From Proteromonas lacertae (taxonomy: Eukaryota), in NCBI GenBank assembly GCA_002245135.1, contig NGBS01000005.1, positions 1-64,000 on the forward strand: a stretch of 64,000 bases of DNA, read 5' to 3'. Below, one piece after another: positions 37,479 to 50,300 of this stretch. Numbering within the stretch: the stretch's first letter is position 1; every line of letters begins with the position of its first letter. The translations under genes were made by a program, and so were the position numbers. Below the pieces are notes generated by a model that saw only the letters and a program-made list of their open reading frames with translations, was not told the origin of the DNA and did not search any database.

Positions 37479-37840
37479 ATTGATAGAAAATCAGAATTAC
37501 AAATTTACCTAAATTACAGGTCAATGTAAAACAATTGTTTGGATAGTGTAATATTTGTCAAAACCTTCCATTTTTTACATGTTAAATTCAAATATGAATT
37601 TTGTAAAAAGTTGATGTTTATAATCCTTTTAAAACTTAAAATAGGTTCTTTATTCCATGTATGTTATTTTAGGATATAATTAATAAACTAATTAGAAAAT
37701 CATATATGATAGTTTTATTCTAGTAATGTAATCCTATTCATGTTATTTTAAAGAAATTGGTAAAAAAATATTCAAGCCATCAAGCCAAGCCAACAAACCA
37801 TTATTTTTTTTAATTTTAATAATTTTAATTTTAGAGCGCT

Positions 37841-39175
37841 ATGGATAATTCACCAGGATTTACTAAAGATAATTCAATTGGAAATGAGAACAAGAAATCT
37901 AATGTTCCACCATTATTTGGTTTAGAAGCAATTGAAGATCAAAAGTTTGAAAGAAACAGAACTCCCAACTTAGGATATTATAGTCAAAATAGAATGGCTG
38001 AAGATGACAGTATTTTTGCACCTCGTTTCATTTACTCACCAACTCCAATAGATAAGTCAGCAAACCCTTACAATATTAATTCATCTCCATCAAATATTTC
38101 ACCAAGTGTGTTTAGTCAAACTAGATACACTTTCTCACCAACATACAACCCATCTCCTGCATCTTTATTATCGCAAATAGAAACACCATCTCAACCTCAT
38201 TCTCAATCACAAACCCAAGTTCCACCACTCTCGATGTTATCACTAATAGATTCAACCAATAATATGGAATTACCAAAATCAGAACCTATGTTTACACAAC
38301 CACCACCACTACATCCTCTTCAAAATCACACAATGCCACCACCCTCATCATCACCACTATTCTCTTATAATACTCCAACAACAACAAAAACTCCTAAATT
38401 TGATGATTTACCTCCACTTGGTGGTGATATTTACACATCTTCACTCTTTACCAATAATAATAATAATAATATAAATGGATTATCAGGATTATTATCAAAA
38501 ACAACTCTAAATGGTAGTTTTAATAATAATCATTATAATAATGATATTCCTTTATACCAAAGTAATAATTCACCATTATTCGATATTAATAGATTCATTT
38601 CTTCGTCATTATCATCCACATTATCAAATGCTACAACAACAACAACAACTTCAATAACTAATAGTAGTAACAATCATACTACATTATTCTCAAATATACA
38701 AATACCGAAACAACTATCATTACCTATACCAACTTCATCTTCAACTAATTCATTAACTTCATCATTATTATCATTATCAACATCATCTAAATCAAGTAAT
38801 AGTAGTAATAATTCAAATGATTCATTTGTACCAACAGATATGGATATTATAAACTATGAAGAATTAATGAAAGAATTAGTAATGTGTCAAATGTGTGCTC
38901 AACGTCTACAAAAAGTGAAATGTTTTAGTTATAATGATGGATATATATGTTGTTCATGTTCTGGTAAAATTACGAATAGAAAAACACTCGGTGATTGGGA
39001 GATTGAAGAACAAAATGGAGTATTGTGCAAAAGATTGAATCATCATAAGAATAGAGTGTCTTATATGAAGAAACAAGCCAATGGTAGTTTTAAAATTGAA
39101 ACTTTGTGTATTTTTTGTAGGAATATGAAATCTTATGAGTATTATAGAAAACAAGAAAACAAAACTTTAAAGTGA
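37841..39175 (+). CDS. Ser/Pro/Asn-rich protein with the same C-terminal Cys-rich putative zinc fingers (paralog of 36507-37478)
   Basis: Intronless 444-aa ORF ending in CQMC...C...CCSC...CKRLNHHK...LCIFCRNMK. Confidence 0.82.
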   Translation: MDNSPGFTKDNSIGNENKKSNVPPLFGLEAIEDQKFERNRTPNLGYYSQNRMAEDDSIFAPRFIYSPTPIDKSANPYNINSSPSNISPSVFSQTRYTFSPTYNPSPASLLSQIETPSQPHSQSQTQVPPLSMLSLIDSTNNMELPKSEPMFTQPPPLHPLQNHTMPPPSSSPLFSYNTPTTTKTPKFDDLPPLGGDIYTSSLFTNNNNNNINGLSGLLSKTTLNGSFNNNHYNNDIPLYQSNNSPLFDINRFISSSLSSTLSNATTTTTTSITNSSNNHTTLFSNIQIPKQLSLPIPTSSSTNSLTSSLLSLSTSSKSSNSSNNSNDSFVPTDMDIINYEELMKELVMCQMCAQRLQKVKCFSYNDGYICCSCSGKITNRKTLGDWEIEEQNGVLCKRLNHHKNRVSYMKKQANGSFKIETLCIFCRNMKSYEYYRKQENKTLK

Positions 39176-39255
39176 ATTATAATATATGTTTTATTTTTAT
39201 CTTGTGTGTGTGTTAGTATTAAACAAAAATATGGATATAAATAAATATTCAAAAA

Positions 39256-40077
39256 TTAAAGTTCATCTAAAATTTTCTTTACTTCATGTATTGTGATCCT
39301 ATCACTTGGATCATAATGCAACATTTTCAATAACAGATCTTTATATTTAACTTCATCAGCTACATTTTCTTCAACAATCTCTTTTATTCTATCATAATTA
39401 TTATTTGTTGCTATTATAGAGTTTATTTGGTGAAATATAGGATAACCAGTGAGTATATAATAAATAATATTACCAAATGACCAAATATCTGTCTTTGTAC
39501 CAACTTGTTTGTGTAACATCTTTTCAGGACTCATAAAATAGTCTGGAGAGGACTGTAAAATATCAATAAAGAAGTAACAATAATCAGATAGATAGAGTTT
39601 CATTTCTTGAGTGAATAAAATGTTTGTAGGTTTAAGATTGCCATGCATTATTCCGGCATCATATAGTTCTATCAATCCTTGACATGTTGACTTTATTATA
39701 TAATCTACTAAATCTGTTCTTTCTTTCATACTAAGTAAATTTATTCTTTTACTTATTACATCATCCAAATTTCCATTGGGATAATATTCCATATGAAATA
39801 TTAATAGTCTGTAACTTATATAATATTCAGCTTCACAAGGACAAAGAAAATCAGTATCATCTGAAACAAATTCCTAATATAAATAAGTTTATAAACTAAT
39901 ACAAAAAATGAAAAATCTTCCGGACTGTAATCTTTTATCAATTTAAAACATTTAACCACATTATATGGATCTGTACAATTAATGGAATAATAAGTCTTTG
40001 AAATGTTTGTAGATGATAGTGTTATTGATGACTATGCCATTAATATAAAAGAATACCTCATAGTCTGGAAAATCCAT
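39256..40077 (-). CDS. Stand-alone protein pseudokinase
   Basis: ATG 40077 plus two short introns. Motifs VVKC, MEYYPNGNL, HGNLKPTN, LSDYC, SPE, DIWSFG, YDPSDRIT. Confidence 0.82.
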
Positions 40078-40146
40078 CAAAGAATGTATTTCTGTGTAAT
40101 ACAACTGTATTTCATTAACAGTGTTTCATCTCAAAATTATCTATAA

Positions 40147-42750
40147 ATGAGGTGTGTTATACTTATTTTGAGTATTTTATTTTGCTTATGTTGTGCTCAG
40201 CCAGATGTTAAAGTTGATTGGAAGAGTTTTATCAGTAAATCTGATCCAATTTGGTTATTTGAAGCTGCAGATAAGTCAACTTGGTATAAAAAGTGGTATG
40301 ATGCTCCATTTGTGGGTAATGGTAATCTAGGAATCTTGACTTATTTGAATAATTCAGACAATTGTGTTATGAGAATAGATATTGGTAGAGCTGATGTGTG
40401 GGAGCATCGAATGAAAGGTACTCCTTTAGCAACAGGTAATCCGTATAAATAGCGTTTAATTGTATTTTATTTTATAAATAGAGAAGTTGATCGTTTTCGT
40501 TTAGCTGTTGGTTATTTCTTTATACGTACAAATGGTGATCTTATATCAGGTAATGCTAGAATCAATCTATATGATGCTCAAATTGAAGGTTATTTAAAAA
40601 CAACAAAAGGTGAAATATGGTATAAAATATTTACTGATTCTTTACATCATGTCATTGTAATTGATATGCAAAGTAGTGGTGAAGAAAAAGAAGTTGTAAT
40701 TGAATATCATCCTCGAAAAGATCATTTACCAAGAGAATTTAATAACTATAAATTCAATCCAGATGCAGTATGTGAAGATGAAATAAGAAATGGAAAATAT
40801 TTCTATTATTGTGATAAAGTGATGTTAGCTGGAGGAGATTTTGCGATGGTAATGACGAATATAACACATAATGAACATCATATAACTCATTATGTAACAA
40901 TTGATAATCAAGTAACCTGGAATGTAATAAGAGATGTAAATGCAATAGATGGAGGAATAAAGATTTTAGAAGATTATTTGAGCAATGATGTAGATAAAGA
41001 ATATGAAGCACATAAACGATGGTGGCATGATTATTACAAGAAATCCTTTATATCAATTCCACATAAACAAACAGAGAGTTTTTGGTGGATTCAAATGTAT
41101 AAAGTTGGTTCAGCCACAAGATGTCAAAGTGAAGATAATTGTTGGGCTTATGATTTGATTGGTCCATGGTATACTGAAGTATATTGGAGTGACTATCACA
41201 TGGATTTAAATGTAGAAATGGCAGCATGGCCTTTATGGGGAGCTAATCATGCTGATCAATTCTTATCATTCTTACGATTTATGGATAAAAATAAAGATGC
41301 AATAACTGAAAGTGTAGAACCAAAATTTAGGAATGATTCTGGTGCTTTAGGTACTGAATTAGGATGGGATTGGAAATTAGATAGTCAATCATGGGGAACA
41401 GCAGGTGAAATAGTCAAACCACAGGCTTGGGTAATAACAGGAAACTTGAATTGGGTTTGTCAAACATTATGGTTACATTATCAATATACTCATAATGAAA
41501 CATTATTAAGAGATGTTTTATATCCTACATTAAGAAGAGCGACTAATTTCTATTATCATTATTTAACAAAAGATAAAGATGGCAAATATCATTTTCCTTC
41601 TACATATAGTCCTGAGTATGATAGTTGTGAAGATACAAATTGGGATTTATCAATAATCAGATGGAGTTGTACTTATTTATTAAAAATCATAGAAATGTTG
41701 AAAGTAAAAGATGGTGAAATGATAGGAAGATGTAATGATATATTGAAGAATTTAACTCCATATCCTGAAGATGAAAAAGAAGGATATATGATAGGCAAAG
41801 ACACGAAATTAACAAGCCAACATCGACATTGGAGTCATATATTTATGGTATATCCATTCAAACTACAAACATACGAAGGAAATCCAGAATTAGCAGAAGT
41901 AATGACTAAAACAATTGATCATTGGGCAAGTTTTGGAGTAACTGATATTGGTTTTAGTATTGTTATGGCTTCTGTATTTTATCAATTAATTCCTGGTAGA
42001 GATGAATTAGCTTGGGAAACATTACAAGAAGCATGGAAATGTCATCGAGTTGGTTTAGCTACATTCTACTGGGAAGCTGATGAATCTCCAGTGAATGAAT
42101 CTCCATTTGGAATGGCTTTTGCTTTACAATATATGTTATTAAGATCTGATGAAGGATATGTTCATATATTCCCAACAAGACCAAAAGCTTTAGAAAATTC
42201 AACATTCTATCAATTACAAGCTGAAGGTGGATTTAGTGTTTCTGGTCATTTACAATTAGGTAAAACTGCTTGGATTAGTATAACCTCGTTATTTGGTTCG
42301 AATTTACAGATAAGAATCGATGATTTAAGTAGTGGATTTGATTATGAACCATCTTCAATCAAAGTAACTCATATTAAAGATGGATATTATGATATTGAAT
42401 TATCTAAAGATGAAACAATCTCAATATATCCTAAAGGAACAATCCCAAAGTTTGAAATCGATGAAATAGAAGGAGATGAAAAGACATATCATGCATGGGG
42501 AACAAAGAACAAACCTTATCCAATTCCTCAACCACCATCTCCTCTTAATAATCATAATAATGATGAAACTGAAATACCAACTACTCCAGAACCAACTCAT
42601 AAACCTGAACCAATATCTCATACAACAGTTGTTATAATTGGAGTTTCAGTTGCTGTTGGAGCGTTTATCATTATATTATTGATGTATTTATATTGGCATT
42701 TGACTCACAACAAGAAAACTGGTGATGGAAATGTTTATGTTAAGATGTAA
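40147..42750 (+). CDS. Membrane-anchored glycoside hydrolase family 95-like enzyme (alpha-L-fucosidase-like)
   Basis: Signal peptide MRCVILILSILFCLCCA. Motifs PFVGNGNLG, DYHMDLNVEM, TYSPEY, HRHWSH, LQAEGGFSVSG. One 39-nt intron (40443-40481). Pro/Thr linker and C-terminal TM helix. Confidence 0.83.
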
Positions 42751-42939
42751 GCAATTATTTTTTTTTATTCTTATTATTAGATTATTGTTTAATCACTAAT
42801 AAAAAAAATGCAAATAAATATATTCATTAAATTAACTATTCTATAATCTTATGCATCTCTTTACAACCTATAAAAATAAATATTAGTACATAGAGTAAGA
42901 AATATTTATTGGTCATGAGAACAGAGGGCCTATATTTTT

Positions 42940-43180
42940 CCTCAAATACTTCAGAGTTTCGAAAAACTCCATAGAATATACTGAAACGGAATAAGTAAAT
43001 CCCTAAATGTACATTTTAGCTCCTTAAAGGAGAAAAACTGTACTATGGCTACCTATGGATTTATTTCAGAGTATTTATGAGAGATAAGATATATATAAGT
43101 AATATATACATTGTTTCAACAATCATCAACTTCAAATGTCATCTTCAGATGTTCTATATCACTATAGCCACATAGTAACC
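42940..43180. ncRNA. Candidate structured non-coding RNA (class unknown)
   Basis: No sensible ORF. Nested complementary segments: AAATACTT/GAGTATTT, GAGTTT-CGAA-AAACTC, TCCATAG/CTATGGA, GTACA/TGTAC enclosing CTCCT-TAA-AGGAG. Confidence 0.3.
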
Positions 43181-43345
43181 ATGTTCTATTAACTTTAAGA
43201 TATTAAAAATAGATCATTTCAATCTAGATGTGAAGAAATTCGACATTTAAAAAAATGATAATGCCAAACATGTTTGATCCGACAAACCATCAAACCTTGA
43301 AATCGTTACTTTTGACTGTTTTTAGAATATAAAATCAATAAGAAG

Positions 43346-44175
43346 ATGTTAGGTACAACAAAACATTGGAATAACTATCAAGGTATGGAAACTGTCAGTA
43401 GCCGAACTTATGTATGGCCTACAGAAAAGTTTTATCACCAAATTGATCCAATGGCAATGGTATTACATTATAATAGATTTTAATATTTTAGGATTTATAC
43501 AGTCATTCATACAACCCATTTAAAGGTAGTTTGCAAGGGGCTGCTTCAGAATATATGATTAGGTAAATTTAGTTTTTTATATTGTTTAGTTATTGTGGTG
43601 GAACAAGACCTCCTATTCCAAAGAGTGTTATTCTTAATCCACACCAATCAGGCAGTACAAAATTGCCTCCAATCAATTCCTCTCATCCAGAAGAAAGTGG
43701 AGAATTTAAAATGAATAGTCCAATAGGTAAAAATCCAAGTGAACCATCCTCTAATCCAGGAACTCCATCTTTAAAGATTGACGATGATCAACAGAATTAC
43801 TCAGGAATAATGACAAGTCCAATCAAAAAATCTACAACAAAGCGATCACAAACAGCAGGTACAAGTACACGTAGACTACCATTGTCCGTAGTAAAGCCGT
43901 TGAGAAAAGACCGTCCAGTAACACCAGATCTTCATCCAGTAGATGTATCTTACACAAAATATACAGTTTTAAGAGAGAATGATTGGAAAGCTCGTCATCC
44001 TAAGAATATGGATGATGAGTATTATGAACATCATAAGATTATGGATGCTTGGAGAGATAATATAACTTCCTTATTTAATGGAAATCAAGGTTATGTTGCT
44101 ACATCTACTTACTCAAAACACTATACAGATCCATGGGTATTGAAGAAGAAATTTGCAGTTTCTCGATTTGATTAA
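43346..44175 (+). CDS. Hypothetical disordered protein with Mn-motif-like segments
   Basis: ATG 43346 (MLGTTKHWNNYQ...). Two short introns lead into ORF 43582-44175. Contains ETVSSRTYVWP and TSTYSKHYTDP. Confidence 0.65.
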
Positions 44176-44308
44176 GTTACATACACTATATTAGTATATA
44201 TTTTTGTATTATATTATTCGATTGTTTTTGTTTTTTTTGAAATACATAATAAGAACTACGACATTATAATCTGTCAATACAAAAACCAAACAAGTTTGAA
44301 TTTTTTTT

Positions 44309-47300
44309 ATGATTTTCGTTTTAGTATTATTTGTAGTAATATTTAAACCTACATTTTGTGTTACATGTGACATACCTGCTAATTTTGTTGTTGCAACACA
44401 ACATTATATGGATTATCTAAATCTGGGTGAAACAATTCGATGTGATGGTAAGAAAATTGAATTTTCATCGTCATTCCATATATATTATGATGAATATCCA
44501 GATGATTACGATGACAGCTTGAATTATGGTATAATTTCAAAATCCTTTAATACTGTGTGTCGAATGAATGTTTACTATGCAAATTTGAAGCTTATTCAGC
44601 TTACTCAAAGTATTTGTATTTTTGTATTATTCATTTAGCTCTTGACTACCTGTTATTTCATAATTACAGACATTTTATTATCTATACAGACTCATTGAAT
44701 GATAATCAGATGAATGGCATATGTCCTACAATATATTATTACAGTGGAGATATTATGATGATAGCTGACAAATTTAACTCAACAGATTTGAATAATTCGC
44801 TACAATGGTATTCAGACTTAACAGACGTAGTTATTCTAAATTTTTTATTTGAAGAAACCGAATCAACCCGTTTGCTACAGTTTTACCAAGCTAATTATGC
44901 TAAATATAAAGATGTTTATTTATTGTCATATTATCTGGATGAAAGTTATGCAAATATTCATCCTGATTTGGTGAAACATACACATATCGTTTCAGGATAT
45001 TTTTATTCGATGAATACAGAAGAAAATAAAGAATTTATATCAAGATTCAATCTACAACCAAAGGAAGTTCCAAATGACTTATATTTTCAAATGTATGTAT
45101 TTTATTTACATTAATATTTATGTATTATTTACTAGAGGCTATTTTATTAGAGTTTTATAAATTGATTCCAGTTGGTTTTCCATCATCAAGTCCATTTCTA
45201 AATAGAAGACAATTGAAAGATAAACAAATCAAATTAGCAGGAATGGTAATAAAAATATCACCAGTTAAATACCTTTGACAGAACAATTTTCCTAGCAAAT
45301 ATTGATGAATATGGTAATGTTGCTAATGTACTTAGCTTAAAAACAGATAGTCCATTCTATCAAGAGAGATATATGGCTTCATTATATTGTCCATTCGTAG
45401 AATCATTTGAAATTATTAATGTTGCTGTATTAACTCCAATTAGTGATAGAAAAATGATATATTCATTTGTACATGCTGTATATGCTGCAATCTATGAAAT
45501 TAATGCAGAAAAGACATTAGATGCCTATTTCATATTGAATTATCCTTATTGTACTAATTGTAGTTTGAAAAAGAGTTATGATTATTTGAAGCAATTTGAT
45601 GTTAGGTTTTTGTTTCATTTTTCAATGGACGATGATTTATTTGAAGTTGTTAAATTAATTGAAAATGATAAAAATGATCCACCTTATGTTCTTATTGATG
45701 GATTCTTTACTAAAAGTGTGTGTAATCCAAGATTAATATATGTATATATCTTACTTTTATTAATAATAGTTTGGCTTATCATTACAAGAACAGATATTAT
45801 ATTATAATTACGAGTTCATAACAGGAAATACAGCGATATTCATATCTAATTCCACTTTTGGTAGAAATGCTCATTTGTTATTGGATGAGATTTTAATTGA
45901 TAAACCAGTTTCATATATAAATATAAGTTTAGATGAAAATGAGAATAAACAAAGAATAGATGAAGCTATAAACAATGATATTATTAAATCAAACACTGTG
46001 GTTTATGTAATAGTTGGGAATTGTGATTATATGAGATTGTTTGTTGAAGATTGGTATATAAGACGTTTAGCTAATAAAGTAACAATTTTCAATTTAGATC
46101 AAAACTGTTTTAAAGATATGAATAAATGGGATGGTTTCTATACAATATCAAAGTTATTTATTCCATATTATAAAAATACAACAATTTATGGATTTCAACA
46201 TATTGATAATGAAGGTTATAATGATGGTATTTCACCATTTTCTTATAGTGTATTTTATGGATCTTTATTATTGCATCGTGCTATAAAGACAGCTGGTTCA
46301 ATATTAGAAAACACCTTCACTACAACAATCAGTTTAATAAAAGCTGAATATGATAATAGAAAATTCAGATTTACATCTAATAATGCTATTAAATCAGTTT
46401 TGCAGCTAGCCAAATCAATTGGAAGAGGTGGTTGGGAATTAATATCTGAATTACTTAAAGCATACGAAAGTACAGCAATTGTACCATCAGATATTAAAAA
46501 TGGAGAATTGACACAGTGTAATTGGTATAAAGATGAGAATAATAATTATATAAAGAAATATCCAATATATTCTTTACTGGTATTAGATAGTGATTATAAA
46601 TTATTTGATCTTGTAGGAAGTATATTAGATCTTTTAGAAGTTAATGTCTTTTCTATTTATTTTAATCTTCGTTATATGAAATTAGATGTAAATACAGAAA
46701 TAGATTCCAGTTGAAAAAATGATAAAAGAAAAAAATATAATATTCATTTTAACAACAGATGATGTTGATCATTTAGACAGCATTAGTATTCCAATTATTG
46801 ATGTTTCTCCATATGAAGGAATGAGATGTAGTGGTAAAATATATAATTTTGGTTATTCATATTCATCTGTTCTTGCTGTATCAATATCAATACCATATCA
46901 GTTAGGAATTACTGATTATTATATTATAAATGATAATAGAAATAAAAGGAATGACAAGTTTGAGAAATATTTGGATGTACAATTGAATGGTTTATTTGGA
47001 AAAGGAAATTATCATTTAGTAACTTTTAATGTTTATGATGAAAAACGGATTAATGATTCACTTGCAAATATAGCAAAACCATCTTTTTTATATTTGCATT
47101 TGGATGTTGATAAAGATATGAAATTCACAAAACATTTAATCGAAGATTTAAATTACAATAATCAATTATTATCTGTATTTCATTTCAACAATAGAATTCC
47201 AGTATATTTAAGTAAATTTAGTAATTTAACAAACCATTATTTTTCCACAAGTCACCCATATTCAGATGATGACATAGGAAAGCAATTATTAGAGTATATG

Positions 47301-50300
47301 ATAAAAACAGAAGAAGATACTTTTTCATTATATACAGCAATCTATTTCATGATTCATGCAATTCATTATTGTCATAATAATTACATAACAGATTATGAAT
47401 TTTATCTATCTACAGTGTCATACAGGATATTTGATGAAGAAATAGAAATGAAGATACATAATCATAATTTACTTTCTCCTCTTTTAATAGCTCATGTTAT
47501 AGACAACAATAATAATATCATATACTCAGATAATCCAAAGTCTTTTATTCCAATATCATCTGTTGATTTACAGTTATCTCTTGTTTTAAGTGATAATACA
47601 GCTTATTACTGTTCAATAGAACATAATGGAGGGAAATATTACAAAGTTAAAATGGTTAATATTGGATTAGTATTAAATGGACCAAAATCAGTAACTCAAT
47701 ATATGAAAGATCTGAGATTAGCAATAAAGACATTCATTGATTATTTCAATGCAATAACTACACAATTTGCTCTGAAAACTATAACTATTTATTTTGATGA
47801 TAATACAAATATTAATGATGTTATAGAACTATTTATAAAGAATAATGTAACTCACATTTTTGGTGGATTTGATTATAATATATTATTAAAATTCATTCCT
47901 TATTTAGAAGAGAATAATATGATGTTTTGGTATACAAATTCTATTGTTAATGTTGATTTCTGCAATAAGAATGTCATTCCATTTATTATACAAATATCAT
48001 CACTAAATATGATTCAAATTGAATCTGAATTGGTATTATTAATATATTCTTCCTCTACATATAATTTAACTTCAATTGAATCAATTTCTTCAGTATTAAG
48101 TAATTCTAATAATGATGTATTAGAATTTATGTTAAATGATTTTAGTAATGTTACATATATCGATGAAATGATAGATAAAATGATATTATCAATGAATAGA
48201 GAATGTTATATCGTTGTATTGTTAGAGCCAGATGAATTTAATTATTTTGTTCCAAGGTTAAGAAAAATGATTTCATCAATTATGAATAAACCACTTTATA
48301 ATATATTTATTGTTCTAACTGATTACCCAATTATGAAGAATGATGATATTATTTATGATGATATGTATATACTGTCAGGAGTTGATTCATTATATTTTCC
48401 TGAAGTCAAGAATACAATTGTTAATCTTTTCACAACTTATAATATAAAGAATAAATATCCAACCACAATTGAATATTTCATGTTTCTATCGTTATATTAC
48501 TTTGTTCAATCCATTCAGAAAATTGGTTATAATAGTATGAGGAATGTGAAAAATGAAATTCAAAAGTTTATATTAGAATCTAATAAAGGAGTTACATTAT
48601 ATTCATATCCATCAATTGTTTATAGATATAATTATGACAGAATAAGTAGTTTATATTACTTGAATACGACTTACTTTTCCTTAACAGAAGAATTAATGTA
48701 TTATGGCAATCAGTTTACATGTATTATTGAAAAGCCTTCCAAAAATTATAGAATTGTTGTAGCAAATAGTACTATCCATAATGTAACTAACATTATTGAA
48801 CCTGTTGATACAACATTAAAACCATTCAATGTCGCATTGTTATTAGAAAGAGGATCATTGGATTATGATGATAGGATATTTTATATGAGTATAATTAACA
48901 CTTTTAATTATTTTTTCCCCAATATGATAATTGGAAGAAAGAGAATAGTATTAAAATCATATTTCGTAAGTGATAAAAGTGAAATAGAATCATTTTATAA
49001 AGAAATAAAAGAAAATATAAATACAACAGATCTGTTTATTGGTGTTATTAGAAATGATATTAAAGATAGAATATTACCTTTGATTGTAGAAAATAAGAAA
49101 ATTCTGTATTATGTATATGATGATTCTGGATTTAATTGTTCTCCATATGTATTTTATATGGGACTCTCAACTCCATCAAAGTTATATCCTACTGTGCATT
49201 TTATACAAGATACCTGTGAATTATCTTCCATTATATATCCTTTATCGTATTTTGGTAAAAAAGAATATAATATTGTAACAGATGTTTTAAAGAAATATCA
49301 TATAACAGTTTTAGTTAGTTATGGATTAGATGAGAAGGCTAATATAACGTCAATACTTCCTAATTTGTATAGAAATATTGAAGGAGGATGTATTTTGAAT
49401 TTTCTTAATGATTACAACACTGTAGATTTAATAGATGCTTTGAACACAATAGAAATTTATAGTAAATATCCATTAATTAGTTTCAGTTTATCATTTTCAT
49501 TAATAGAGTTACCTCCAACAAGAATTCCTCATAAAATTGTTACATATTATAATCCAGTTGAATTTCAAGCACCCTATTCAGAAATTATTGAGATGTTTAA
49601 AAACACATATGGTTTAAAATTAAGTTTACATAGAGTTGATTATAATATGATAAATGCTGTTTATCTATTGAAAGAGATGTTAAATAGAAAGACAAACGGA
49701 ACAGTTGAGGATTTCATTGTTCAACATAATGGTGTTGAAATACAATGTAATAACTATACACTTACATTAAGAGAATCACATTATTTTAATCATCCAAAAT
49801 ATGTGTTTTTGCATAATGGTGAATCAGAATTTCAATTAAGTACGTTATACCAAAGTCCTAAAGGCTATGTACAACACGTTTATACTCATACAGATCCATA
49901 TGTTTGTTTATTCTCAAAAGAAAGATTTTATGTTCATTACAAACCAGAAACTATTATCAAAATAGGTTTATTATATAGTTTTAATGGTGATGAAGAAGTT
50001 TTTGATAGATCAGGTTTTTTAACCGCTTATGGGGCTTATCATGAAGTAATAGAAAGTGTAGAAGAGTATTATAATAATGCAATGGTAAATAGAAAAATAC
50101 TATTATATACATATAACTTAAAATCCAATTCCAAATTATGTCATGATGCAATGAAGTATTTTCAAGATATAAATATGACTTATGTCATTACACAAGGTTC
50201 AATAAACTGTATGAATGAGATAAGTAAAAGTGATAGTAAATCAAATGTCATTTATTTTTTGACTAAAGACATATGTAAATCATATTGTAAATCAAAATAT

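Noticed and set aside
43205..43320. U3 snoRNA (box A-like GATCATTTC at ~43212) or RNase MRP (ATAGTAAC at ~43172)
   Set aside because: No convincing U3 boxes B, C or D downstream, and no MRP P4 motifs (GAAAGTCCCC / GGGGCT).
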